Source: Octopus bimaculoides (Eukaryota). Taken from it: a stretch of 34,788 bases of DNA. Within the stretch, counting starts at the first letter, position 1. Every line of letters begins with the position of its first letter. The position numbers and the translations under genes were made by a program. Below are positions 1-11,499 of this stretch, piece after piece. A model generated the notes under the pieces. That model saw only the letters and a program-made list of their open reading frames with translations, was not told where the DNA came from and ran no database searches. The stretch is from the NCBI RefSeq assembly GCF_001194135.2, contig NC_068988.1, positions 35,851,429 through 35,886,216 of the forward strand, written 5' to 3'.

Positions 1-510
1 GGATTCCTTGTTTATTATTGGTGTGAGAGTAAGGGGCATTGAGATGGGGATAATAGCAAGTGTAAGGGGTGTTCATGATGCTTCTAGTCCATATGGAAGG
101 TGAATGGTTGAGTTAGGTCTTGTTTGGATTATTTTGTGGGGGAAAAGGGTTTTTGTAGGGTTGGGAGAGGATGTGTTTTGTGTGGAGGGAGGTAGGGGGT
201 ATGTGTGTTTGTAGTGTGGTTTGGGATGGTGTTTGTGGGGAGCAGTGGTAGTATGTATTGTTCGTCCTTTTGTGAAGGGGTTTTTTGATTTGAGGTTTAC
301 TATGAATTGTGTTTCATAGTTATGGAGGAATTTTTTGTTGTTTTCCCAGTGTTTAAGGGAAGTTAGTTCTTCCTTTTGGCATTCATCTTTCCACAGCTTA
401 ATAACATGTTCGAGGGATTGCTCGTTGGAGTGTGTGGTAAGTTCGAAGAGCATCTCATCATCAATTTTTGTGTATTTTTGTTCGTGATTTTGTGATCTGA
501 GTTTTAAAAC
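1..510 (-). mobile_element. Probable Penelope-like element N-terminal ORF fragment, 5'-truncated at a microsatellite
   Basis: The minus frame extends upstream of ORF 73..453: LKLRSQNHEQKYTKIDDEMLFELTTHSNEQSLEHVIKLWKDECQKEELTSLKHWENNKKFLHNY, then a His/Pro/Thr-rich tail. This resembles, from memory, the N-terminal region of mollusc Penelope-like ORFs. No RT or GIY-YIG motif is inside the window. Confidence 0.45.
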
Positions 511-518
511 AAAAATGG

Positions 519-544
519 TGGTGGTTGTGGTGTTGGTGGTAGTG

Positions 545-594
<50 letters not shown>

Positions 595-606
595 TGTAGT
601 AGTAAC
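519..606. repeat. (GTG/GTA)n compound microsatellite
   Basis: gtggtggttgtggtgttggtggtagtggtagtagtagt... read directly. Confidence 0.95.
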
Positions 607-611
607 AAAAA

Positions 612-1770
612 GAATATTAATAATGGCGCTGGAATCCTGCAGTGGACAGAAGAGGGGCTAAACGGTGATGGACAGGAAGTCAAGAGAGCTCCTAACGATA
701 CATGCAGCCCATCATCCACTTGCAGACACTGAACACTTATACGTGAAGTGAGCAAATGGAGGAAGTGGATTGATAAGTGTGGAAGACTGCGTGCGTATCG
801 AACTCGAGAGCTTAATGAGATACCTAACCCAAAGTAAGGAAACCTTGCTAGTGAAAATTAGGAACAAGGAAGCATTGGGAGCAGAAAAAAAAGAGAACAT
901 AAAAGGAGTACAAAAAGGACATGAAGAAGAAGGGACTGCACAAGCAATTCCATGTAACCAGAATAGAAGTTGCTCGAACAATAGGTGGGATTGGCTCATG
1001 AAAGGGACCCTAATAAAAGAAACTAAGAGCACTATACTGGCTGTGGAGGACCAAGCTTTGGCCACGAACAAGAAGGTCACCCTTAGGAATGAACAAGTGT
1101 CTCTGCTGCATCACATCTGCAATAGAGTGGTTGAAACCATTGCCCATATCACGAAAAAATGCCCTAGACTTGCCCCGAATCAGTACAAGTTGTGACGACA
1201 CGACCAAGTTTCGAAAATGCTACATTGGAAACTGTGCAAAAAGTAGGGGCTAGAGACAGGCAAGACGTAGTAGTAGCACAAACTGCAAAGAGTGGCTAAT
1301 TCGGAGTCCAGCAAAATCCTCTGGGATTTCCTAATCGAAACATATCAGGTGCTAGAGCATAACAGACCGGACCTAGTTTGTGTTGGACAAGATGCTCCAC
1401 ATATGCCATATAGTTGATGCTGCACTTCCCTTTCAGTGACGAATAGTCAAGTAGAAAGGTGAAAAGATAAATAAATACAACTCTCTTAAGTACGAAACAC
1501 CCCAGCTATGGAAAATGAAGAAGATGAAGATGGTGTCACTTACTTTTGGGTCCTTGGGAACAGTATCAAGAAGAATATAAAAGAAATTGTAATAGAATGC
1601 TCAGTAGAAATATTACAAAGGTTTGCCTCCTTGGCACGTCCAGAATAATCAGGAATGCATCAGATAGCTGAAAAGAACGAATAGCATGATATAGTAAGCT
1701 GCAGGTAGTCAGCCCCCTACACATGCAAGACTTTAGGAGCTCTAAGAAAACATGTGATAAAGGGATGATC
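612..1770 (+). mobile_element. R4/Dong-clade RLE non-LTR retrotransposon, 5'-truncated 3' half (copy A), degenerate
   Basis: Across frameshifts and stops: GAGILQWTEE, DRKSRELLTIHAAHHPLADTEHLYVK*ANGGSGLISVEDCV, WLMKGTLIKETKSTILAVEDQALAT, zinc-knuckle remnant ETIAHITKKCPRLA..RHDQVSKMLHWKLC, and RLE KILWDFLIET..LEHNRPDLV. A 3' UTR and (TAA)n tail follow. Confidence 0.9.
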
Positions 1771-1784
1771 ATAATAATAATGAT

Positions 1785-1865
<81 letters not shown>
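1771..1865. repeat. (TAA)n tail / microsatellite of copy A
   Basis: ataataataatgatattaataataat... runs to 1865, directly after the 3' UTR. Confidence 0.95.
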
Positions 1866-3070
1866 CTAGGAGTCTTCCAGTTGCTCATGTTGTTGCTGAT
1901 TTCCTTCACTTCCCTAACTGAAATGACTAGTTATGCCTGTTTTGGACAGACTACTGTTTGTTTCAGTTCTTGTAACTATTCAGCATCCTTCTTGTCTCCG
2001 TGTCTTTGCTCCAGATGTCACTCCAAAACCTTTGACTTTCAATCTTATCTGTTATCAACTTTTCATCTGTACACTCGCCATTTATTTCTTTATAGAGTCT
2101 CGTCTGATGTACACCGAATAACCTATTCTGGTGGTAACCTTTCATTGTTTGGTCGTATCTTACCATCTTTACTTTCTTTGCAAAGAGGCGCTGTTCCAGT
2201 TCCTCCATCACCACTTTCAGGCTCTTTCTTTCAATATTATACTTTCCTTTCAGCGCCCTGTATTTTTGTTCGCTCTTAAGCTCCCCTTTCTCTTTTCAGT
2301 CTGACACAGAGATTTCCATCGAGAGCATGTCTAACCCTGCCTGTATTCTTCTTTTCCTCCATGAATATTTTCTTTTATCATTCCCATTATGCTTCTTTTT
2401 CTTGACATCAACACCCACGTTTTTTGCTACAACATTACTTGCTGCCTTGATCAAATTATTTGTTTCTGTGATGTTGTTTGTTCTGATGTATTTCAAAATT
2501 TCATTGATATTTTTCGTTTCTTGGTTCAATTTCCATCCATCAACCTTTCTAAGGTTGCAAATAATGTCGCTATTGTTCTCCTGTAGTCTTACATTTATTC
2601 TGTCGTAGTTCATCTGTCATGTGCCCTTTAGTTTTATTGTCTTCTTTCAGATCATCTATATGTCTGTCATCAATTAAACTACCACTGCTCTTTTCCTGTG
2701 CTATGAGATTACTCTTAGTAGTAAGAACTGTATTTTCATTGTTATCACTACTGCTGTTTTCCATGACCCGTCTCTTGAGAGCTTGGAGCTCTACTTCTGT
2801 GGACCAACAATTTTTTCTTAATGCTCTAGCTTGATCACATAGTCTCTGTTCCGTGAGTTGAAACAATCCCTTTTCTCTTCAATGATCATACATACGTTGT
2901 CGGTAACCCCTAATTTGAGCACCATCTTCATCTACTAGACTGCTCAGGTAGTAACACTTCATGACCAGAGCATTAATTTGCTTGCTACATCTACGCTGTA
3001 TGTGGTGGTCCCTTTGTGGATATCGACAAGCGGGACCCGGACCAGAATCTCTGAGCCTACTGGCTGTAAC
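1866..3070 (-). mobile_element. R4/Dong-clade LINE, N-terminal (pre-RT) part of the ORF in inverted orientation (segment B)
   Basis: Minus-strand peptides, in order: QPVGSEILVR, RRCSKQINALVMKCYYLSSLVDEDGAQIRGYRQRMYDH, FQLTEQRLCDQARALRKN, LRKVDGWKLNQETKNINEILKYIRTNNITETNNLIKAAS, EELEQRLFAKKVKMVRY..QNRLF..ESQRFWSDIWS. It ends at EISNNMSNWKTP, just before the RT. Confidence 0.88.
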
Positions 3071-4453
3071 AGTGCACTATGTTGAAAATGAAACGAAGAA
3101 GATTTGAAGGAAGCCAGGGAATTCAAATGCCAAACGGGCAAAAAAAATGAACTAGTTGAGAAAGGACAATGGGGTAAGTATTTGCGTATGCTAGAAGCAG
3201 ATGAAATAAAAGACAAAATAAATTACCAGTAGCGAGTATACAAGGAGAGAGATAAAATTAATACAGTGAAAGCTGAATTCAAACAATTGTATTGAAGTAA
3301 TAAATCCAAGGGCAGTAACGATAATCAAAAATGGAAATGTAATTGTTGACTGAACCAAAAACGACAGAGAAAAACTGAAAATACTAGAAATTTGTTGACA
3401 ATGTATGGAGCCCATCATCCAAAAGCTGATATCAACCGGTTGTACATGAAGAGAGATTAGAATGGAAAAGGTTTCATTGCTGTGAAAGACTGTATACAGA
3501 TGGAAAGAAAAAGGTTACTAGAATATTTAGTGAACTGCAGAGAGAAAATAGTAAAGACAGTGAATAAGGAGCCGGTGATCAAATGTGGAATAGGGGAAAA
3601 GGATAAGAATGAAATTCAAAGAGAGCACGTTAAACAGATTGAAGAGAAACCTCTACATGGTCAGTTTTTCAAAGTCACTATGCAACAAACTTCTGGGGTT
3701 GGCTAAGAAAAGGGCAATGAAAACAAATGGAGAGCCTAATTATAGCAGCTCAAGACCAAGCGATAAATACTTGAGAAATATCCGTGTAGGAGTAGAAGTT
3801 GTCAGAAAAATGTTGAGTCTGTGGAAATTAGAATGAGACGGTGGCTCACATTGTTGCAGAATGTCCCAAAATGGCCAAAGGAGAATATCAGAAACGGAGG
3901 TATGACCTAGTTGTGACAGTATTACACTGAGAGCTTTATCAGAAATTGGGATGTGAAGCTGGAAGTACATGGTATGATCATCGGGTCGAAATAGTGCTGA
4001 AGCTGGAGAAATGCAAACGTTTGTGGGATTTCTTATCCAAACGTATAAGAAGCTAGAAAATAACATACCATACATAGCAATAATAAACAATAATATACAA
4101 GCTACTTACTAATTGATCCATTATGTCCGTTTGATCGCAGGATTATGAAGAGAGGGTATGAAGAACAAAGTAAAACAAACCGTTAAAATTTGAAATTGCA
4201 AGAATTTGGAGTATGAAAACTGCAAAAGTTGGGCCTGTAATTATTAGTGCATTAGGAACTATAAGTAAAGATATAAACAAATGGTTGAGAGAGATTAGAA
4301 TAGACCGTTTGTCTCTTAGGGACAGGAACGATTATCAATAGGGGCATAAGCATTTGAATGACTATTGAAAACTTGTGGACACCTAAGGTTACAGGTAATG
4401 ACCCGCTACCCACATAAATTCTACCAGGAATAAAAACTAACCAGAGTCAAATC
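3071..4453 (+). mobile_element. R4/Dong-clade LINE 3' half, from the end of the RT to the 3' UTR (segment C)
   Basis: CTMLKMKRRRFEGSQGIQMPNG, KYLRMLEADEIK, LLTMYGAHHPKADINRLYMKR, KPLHGQFFK, MESLIIAAQDQAI, knuckle ETVAHIVAECPKM, RLE LWDFLIQTYKKLENNIPYI..IDPLCPFDRRI. It ends ccagagtcaaatc followed by the aataataat tail. Confidence 0.88.
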
Positions 4454-4504
4454 AATAATAATAATGATGATGATGTGAATAATAATGATGATGAAGATGA
4501 TAAT
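4454..4504. repeat. (AAT/GAT)n tail of segment C
   Basis: aataataataatgatgatgatgtgaataataatgatgatgaagatgataat. Confidence 0.85.
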
Positions 4505-4730
4505 GTCTGTGTGTCTGTGACATTACGTGTGACTTCACTGTTGAATGTGATAGTATAATTATTTACATACCGTTAAATATAGCAAGACCCTGGGAAAATT
4601 TATCCGTATGTTCGTGTGTATGCGTGTGTAAGATGAAGCAAAGTGTAATGTTTTGTGATTTGGTTGGTCACCATGAAGACGTCGCGGTTAAGAGGCAGAG
4701 AATGTATACATACATATATATATATATATA

Positions 4731-4987
4731 NNNNNNNNNNNNNNNNNNNNNNNNNNNNNNNNNNNNNNNNNNNNNNNNNNNNNNNNNNNNNNNNNNNNNN
4801 NNNNNNNNNNNNNNNNNNNNNNNNNNNNNNNNNNNNNNNNNNNNNNNNNNNNNNNNNNNNNNNNNNNNNNNNNNNNNNNNNNNNNNNNNNNNNNNNNNNN
4901 NNNNNNNNNNNNNNNNNNNNNNNNNNNNNNNNNNNNNNNNNNNNNNNNNNNNNNNNNNNNNNNNNNNNNNNNNNNNNNNNNNNNNNN
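4731..4987. other. Assembly gap (N run); others at 12903-13020, 16799-17139, 27002-27360, 29667-29987 and 31473-31519
   Basis: Runs of n, most bordered by dinucleotide microsatellites. Confidence 0.99.
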
Positions 4988-4990
4988 TAA

Positions 4991-5282
4991 GGCCCGGTGT
5001 TGGTGCCTTTACGTTCCTGTAACTTAGCAGCTCTGCAAGACCTATAGAATTATCGGTGTTGTTGAGTTGCTACGTTACGGGGACATAAAGCCACCAACAC
5101 TAGTTCGTAGGGGAAAACTCACAAACACCCACACATACGACGAGTGTTTTTCAGTTTCTGTCTAGCAAGGCTTTGGTCGGCCCGAGGCTATAGTAGAAGA
5201 CACTTGCCCGAGGTGCCACGCGGTGAGGCTGAGCGCAGATCCAAGTGGTTGGAAAGTAAGCTTCTTACCACGCAGCCACGCA
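4991..5282 (-). mobile_element. Octopus-type tRNA-derived SINE (head to middle on the minus strand, 5064-5282) abutting a plus-strand fragment of the same family (4991-5050)
   Basis: The reverse complement starts gcgtggctgcgtggtaagaagc (A-box like), then a decayed B box, then gcacctcgggcaagtgtcttctactatagcctcgggccgaccaaagccttg, and later gtgttggtggctttatgtccccgtaac. The same core occurs in the fuller copy at 30100-30438. Confidence 0.85.
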
Positions 5283-7924
5283 GTCTAATTACTGAAACTA
5301 GACTATATTTTACAATTTGCATGCTTAAACGTCGATGGAGATATTGTATGACAACAGATAGAGATTTAATCATCTGTGTTCTCCTGCAATGAATATAGTT
5401 TCTTCTTGAGGAAATAATTTAATTATAACATTTCTACTGTTATTTGTATCACTAATCTACATCTGTCGGGAGCCTATTTGCATTTGATAAAGGCGATTCG
5501 TTGAAAGTTAATTGTCTTTTCTAAGAGATCGCCTCAATAGTGTAGAGATAACCTGAGACCATCCAGATAATAGAAATTTAAATTCGAGTAATTATCATTC
5601 TTCTGTTCTAATGTGATCGAAATTGTGCAAAATCTGAAAATTATTTTGTCAAATAAGAAGACAAAATAAACATTTATTAGCGTGACATTAATTGTAAATG
5701 TAGGTGCTGTTATTGTGCAATTGATAAGATACAGAATTTGTAGCAACATCTTTTATGCTCTCTAGCATCCTATAATAAAACAAATACAGTTCTAACTATA
5801 CATTGACTGTCACGATATTGATTTGCAATTTTAGGAGAAGGGATAAGGGACAGATCTACTTGTAGGGCACACAGTATTATCTTGTTGGAGAATAGCCCAA
5901 GAATGTTGTCTAATTTTTCAGCACGCGCATGGTTGTGTAAAAACAGGTAGGTTGGACATACATTGAAAAGGAGCAACAAAAGCAAGAATTACTATTTTAT
6001 CTGAAATTAATACTTCAATGGAACGTAATTTGTGATATTTCGGGGCCATACAATGATATGTTATTCTATACACCGCTTTCTCTGTAGTTCTGTACATTCA
6101 ATATTTGCACGAAGATACTTCTGCTTATCCTTTTCCTCTGCATATGACAACATTAAACTCAACTACCACATTTGTTCACACACAAAACATATTAATACAA
6201 CTTCAGAATCATTCATGTATTTTACTCAGTGTTTTAATTAAACCATTTACTACTGCATCTCTAGTTGAAGAAAATTTAATCAGTTGACATTCATTACTTG
6301 AAATTATTCTTTGTCAGCGAACAGCAACAATAATTTGAAAGACATAGTTGTTGATGTATGGCGCCATATTAATATTGATAAAGCAGACCCATGACACGCA
6401 TGTTGTGAGGCAAAGAAGTAGCCGTAATACAGAACATCTTCTAACTTATAACATAGACAATATTCAGTTGCTTATATTCATCCCCGAATCCTATGTGTAT
6501 TGCCTTAGTCTGGACATGTTTCGCTCTGTTCATTGCCTAGATTATACGTATATAATCACTGAGCGTATGGTGTTTGTTATAGCGTCAATAGACAAATTAG
6601 AATCTACGAGACTACGCTAGTTACTGTCCCGCAGCACCTATTGTAAGTAGTGCGTAAGCTAGCACAGAACATGGGGCTAGTGAAACTATTAGTGTAACGT
6701 GTGTGTCTTCTCTTTGTGTTCGTCTGCTTTGAGTAATAGAGATATTGTTTTTAGAACACTCTTGTACAAGATTTCTGAGATGCTATATCTGATCCATTGA
6801 TTGAGGGAGTTTCATATGGAGAAAGGATCAATTGAGATTTAGTTTGCTGCAACATCAAACTGACTCCCTTGCACATCCAGTGATTCACTAACTCATATGC
6901 CGTTATATTTCATCTTCTATGATGCTGATAACAAAAAGGAGACAGTGGAGTTGTTACGTGCTAGTAATTTTCGAGGACTCATATGTGTATGTGAGTATGT
7001 CACCTGCACTTGAAATTGTGTGTACGACGTGTTGGGATGTGGATATATCTTGTAACTACATAGTAAAAAAAAAATTGTTTGAGAGAAACCTATTCATATA
7101 TGCCATCCAAAAAATATAAAATTCCAGAAGTGATGTCCTTGAGCACTAGATATTATTGGTGACATGAAATGTACTTATCAAAATATTAATCTTTCTGAAT
7201 GCATCCAGAAGTATTTGTGGTAAAAATGACTAGTAGAGACACGCGCCGTTGATTTTACCGATACTGTCCGTTGTTGCTGAGGCCAACGAATCATATACGC
7301 AATGGATAAGTGTAGTCATATGCTTCTGTATTGTGATTTGGAGAGATGAGTGTGTGGCTTACAAATGTAAAGGATAGCACCTTAAGAACGTTCAATGTTA
7401 TTTTGATTTTGGAACTTGTCAGAGTTGATGAAACTAGTCGTAGATTTGATGACAGCAATTATTCCTTAAACGTGCAGGAGGTGTGTCAGGTTTATGTTTG
7501 TACATGTTCTCTGAAAATGTGTCCAATAAAATTATTTGGGGGATTTTCTATTGCTTATTGGTTATCTGATGAAACAAAGGGGCCACAACAATGGTTTAGG
7601 CGCAAGAGGGAATAGTTTGTTCTCTTATAGTAAGTTTTTAAAAAGTAACTTTGTTCAGTTATTTATATAGAGGTTGTTAATTGACACGGGCCTTCGTGTT
7701 AGAATTCTTATTGAGGATGCTTTTAAATGATCTACATAATGTTAGGTACTCTGTTTTCTAGTTTATACTGGATCTGAATGTTTGCCTACTCTCTATTTTT
7801 GTAAGTTTATTTCTGTACTGAGTAGTGTTTTCGGTTGTATGTGGTGTTCACGAATTCTGTTGAGGAATCAACCTGTTGGTTAGTATAAGAATTAGACCTT
7901 GCTCTTAGCCATGATACTGAGAAG

Positions 7925-7925
<1 letters not shown>

Positions 7926-7975
<50 letters not shown>
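7926..7975. repeat. (TA)n microsatellite
   Basis: Pure TA run. Confidence 0.97.
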
Positions 7976-7978
<3 letters not shown>

Positions 7979-8755
7979 TGATTAGAAAGCAAGCAAGCAT
8001 CAAATTTGATGTGTTAGAAAAGTTTGGACTGGTCCTTCTATAGGCTATTATCTTTAAATTAGTTTCTGCAGCCGTATTGTAACTCTTGTGAACGACTTTA
8101 TCTGGACATTTCTGTTCACTCTGTTCATTGCCGAGATGCACCTTAACTCGTAATCGGACCGCGGCAATGAACTCCCGAAATGGCCATAGATGTGGAACTC
8201 TCTTTCGCTCCTTGGACTTCAACCTACCATGGTTTTTGTGAAATGAAGTATTTTGACATATTTTTAATTGAAAGAAATGAAAACCATTTTTGTTCAGTTA
8301 ATCAATATTTTCTTAGTTTTGTAGTCACTTTACAAGCTTTATTAAATCATTTTGATAACTTATTTTAGTCGATTGTACATACCTTTTCTTGATTCGCATT
8401 TCCATATATTTTGTCTTTTTATGTGCATTTATATTTTTTACCTTCTGTGCTTTTATATATACATTCCTTTTATATGTTGAAGACCAAGGTAATATTTATA
8501 TATGATCAAATGTATGGAAGCGTAGTGTTATATAAAGTCGTTGACTCGAATTTGATGTTTGTTCTCTAATCAATGTCTTTATTTTGTCTCTGTCTCAATT
8601 TAATTTGAGCACTTCTTCTTTGCAGTCCTATATATATGTATTCTTTTTATATGTTTATACACGATCTAATGTATGGAAGCGTGGTGTTATATAAAGTCGT
8701 TGACTCGAATTTGATATCTGTTCTTTAATCAATGTTTTTTTGTCTCCGTCTCTTC
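7976..8755 (-). mobile_element. Possible Penelope-like 5' end with a duplicated pseudo-LTR segment
   Basis: A direct repeat of about 95 nt sits at about 8495-8595 and 8665-8752, and an inverted partial copy at 7976-8105. The minus frames give KTLIREQTSNSSQRLYITLRFHTFDHI and KAQKVKNINAHKKTKYMEMRIKKRY. The family call is inference. Confidence 0.35.
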
Positions 8756-8756
8756 T

Positions 8757-9745
8757 GTACACATTGACTCTAAAACCACTATATAAAAAAGCAAGAGCTA
8801 CAAGTAATCTGAAAGAAGGAAAACAAACTGGTCTTGACAACATCCCACGAGAAGTACTAAATAGATGTGGCTTAGACGACATTATCCTTGAATTTGCAAA
8901 CAAACTACTAAGTGACAATGTGAAGCCAGAAGAATGGTCTGAGATAGACTTGTTACAACTGCATAAAACCGGAGACCTAAATGATACTGGGAATTACAAA
9001 AGGATCAGTTTGTCTCCCATTGTTGCAAAAATAGTCAAGATGATACTTAACCGAATGCAACATAAGGTAGACAAACAATTGTGACCAAATTAAAATGGAT
9101 TCAGATCTGGACAGTCAACAACATCTCACATTGGTGCACTTAGAAGACTGATAGAGAGAGTTCAGAGCCATAACAGGCAGGCTATCATTACCTATGTAGA
9201 CTTTAAAAAGGCTTCTCATTCAGTACATAGAGGAATGGTGATAAAGATGCTTAAAGCATATGATATTCCAGCAAGAATTCTGAGAGCAATAAGTAAGCTG
9301 TATGAGAACACCAGGGCAAAAAGTGATCACACCTGATGGCGAGGGGTCACTCCTGAAGTCACTCCTGAAGTATTACAAGGCGACACGCTAGCACCTTATC
9401 TCTTTGCCATCGCTCTGAAGTATGTAATGCCTAGAACGTACGAGGACACTGAAGAAGAACTGGGATTCAAACTGCATAGGCAAAGAAGTAGACGGCATCA
9501 TGCAGTAACAGTAACTGACCTAGACTATGCTAATGACCTGGCATTACTAACAGAGAGGACAGATCAGGCACAGGAGATGCTGAGTATATTAGAGCAGGAA
9601 CCGGGGAAGGTAGGATTGTACTGTAATGCAAACAAAACAGAGCTTCAAGTATTCAACCACGAAATGCCTATGTCATTGAAAGTGAGAGACGGTAAGTCAC
9701 ATAATGTAGTTGAAAATTTCAAATATCTTGGTGCAAATATCATGA
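8757..9745 (+). mobile_element. RTE-clade LINE reverse transcriptase fragment, degenerate
   Basis: GLDNIPREVL, PEEWSEIDLLQLHKTGDLNDTGNYKRISL, NGFRSGQST, YVDFKKASHSVHR, GVLQGDTLAP-like VLQGDTLAPYLF, DLDYANDLALL (YADD site mutated), GLYCNANKTE, NFKYLG. Confidence 0.92.
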
Positions 9746-9874
9746 AATACGTAAGTCCTCAATGTCTTTCTCGTCGTTTGCGTATTTCACTCGTTTTTTG
9801 CTCGTTGTTTACATATATCATGTTATTTGCTCCGTTGGTGACGTCCTGTACCCATATATGCATATGTGTGTGCG

Positions 9875-9930
<56 letters not shown>

Positions 9931-10033
9931 ATATATTATTTATATAAATATATATGTATATATATTGTACACGTATACACCCATTTTAAAGTGAATGTCG
10001 CTAACGTCCCATCCATTAATCTTATGACATACA

Positions 10034-10240
10034 GGTAGACTGACAATTCGTCGAGACAGTTGACCGACAGACAACTTGCAGACAGGACAAAGAAAATGGA
10101 GAAGAATAATGAACGATAAACAGGCAGGGGTAATAAATCTAACATTTTAGATACAACCACGTGAAATGCGCCATGTTGATGTATGGAGGTTGGGTACATT
10201 ACGTCGGCAAATTGTCTGTCGATGAAGTGTCTGCACACGT
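10034..10240. mobile_element. Putative MITE with subterminal inverted repeats
   Basis: cgacagacaacttgcagac (10065-10083) and gtcggcaaattgtctgtcg (10203-10221) form a 17/19 inverted match. Related gacaa-type repeats lie on both sides. Confidence 0.45.
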
Positions 10241-10384
10241 ACACACATTAATGCAAAAACTAAAACGCTTAGTAAATAACAATTAGTAAATAAGCCCAGT
10301 GGAAATAGTGCCGTGAAGAAAGAATATCTTTTCAGAAATTCAAGAACAAAACGCTGCCGAAATAGACTGTAGAGCATCACTGCG

Positions 10385-10560
10385 CTTGTTAACCAGTGTT
10401 GCTTTATTTACGTCCACATAACCCTCGGCTGGTATAAGAGGCAGGAAGAATAAGTGCCAGGTATGAAAATATCCTGGGGTAAATTTGTCCGACTAAACCC
10501 CACTAAGAGTTATCCCAGCTTGGCCGCAATCCAATGAATGGAGGAAGTAAACGATAAAAT
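10385..10560 (+). mobile_element. Octopus SINE 3' half
   Basis: gtgttgctttatttacgtccacataac..gaataagtgccagg..cctggggtaaatttgtccgactaaa..cagcttggccgcaatccaatgaatgga..gtaaacgataaaat matches the 3' half of the copy at 30100-30438. Confidence 0.75.
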
Positions 10561-10587
10561 ATGAAAGTTAACAACTACGCGAAAGCA

Positions 10588-10690
10588 AAGCGCAGCTCAT
10601 ACCCAAAGCATACAGAGCTACACTTGGTAGTACACTATAAACACACACACAAACACACACACACACACAAGGCTACTGAATAATTATTAT
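10588..10690 (+). mobile_element. 3' UTR remnant of the abundant R4/Dong-type LINE
   Basis: cagctcatacccaaagcatacagagctacacttggtagt..ctactgaataat parallels cagcacatacccaaggcgcacagagctgcgctcggtagt..ctactgaataat at 34510-34620 (minus). Confidence 0.7.
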
Positions 10691-11294
10691 AAATTTCATT
10701 CTGTTGTTTCCCTTGCCTAAGCTATAGTGCATAAAAAGCCATGACATATATTCTAATATCACGTTCATTTCCTTGTTCTCAACCCTCTTCAATTGAATTA
10801 CAATTCTTTATAGCAATACATGCGTTGCAATACGAGTAGATAAAGTCGTTTCTAAAAGTCGACTATATAAATAAATATCATGTCTTAATTAGAAACGGTA
10901 GAGTACAAGATCATATGTACTACTAAATTAAAACATCATTTATAATATGTATTGAAATTATCTGCCCACACACGTCAGCGATTTACACATCAATTCTTGC
11001 CGATATGAAATTTGTCACATCATTTGTCATGTAACGCATTCGTCATTCTCTTTGGAATTTCATTAGATTTATGCTTTATGAATTTTAATATACCCTATCA
11101 AAGCTCAAAGTAGAAGTGATTAATACGTGACATCTGTTTATTTCACATAATACAATCAATAGAACAACGGAATCGAAGCTAATTTACATGATATGTGTAG
11201 TTCTTTCGTCTCTTAATTTTTCTCTGAGTCTAAAAGAAAAATAACGCCTACTTTATTATTATATTTACCACCGCCACCACCACCACCTAGAACG

Positions 11295-11482
11295 TTTGCA
11301 GATTGACTGACATTTTGACGAGAGGGTCTTGGTCGAAATGATTGATCTTATACTTCAATGGTACGGCATTTTATACAGTGTTGGACGGCAGCAAGGTTAA
11401 TCTCGATGGAATTTGAACTCATATAGCAAGTACTGTAAGACATCTTCCGATGCTCTGTTCATTCCGCAAGCAACCATCCTCT
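11295..11482 (-). mobile_element. Second octopus tRNA-derived SINE family, degenerate
   Basis: The reverse complement has the B box gagttcaaattcc, followed by atcgagattaaccttgc..aaaatgccgtacca..agatcaatcatttcgac. Confidence 0.6.
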
Positions 11483-11499
11483 TCGTGATAAAAACACCA

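Noticed and set aside
4624-5022. Long ORFs crossing N runs (also 12727-13422, 16491-17258, 26845-27553, 29623-30006)
   Set aside because: They are open only because of assembly gaps and dinucleotide repeats.
5230-5282. tRNA gene (also the SINE heads at about 30390-30438 and 11410-11480)
   Set aside because: The A/B-box-like heads do not form a cloverleaf and continue into SINE body sequence.
9427-10038. 203-aa ORF as a functional gene, with a gtaagt donor at about 9748
   Set aside because: It is an RTE RT fragment with a mutated YADD (YAND) and upstream stops and frameshifts, running into microsatellite; there is no evidence of exonisation.
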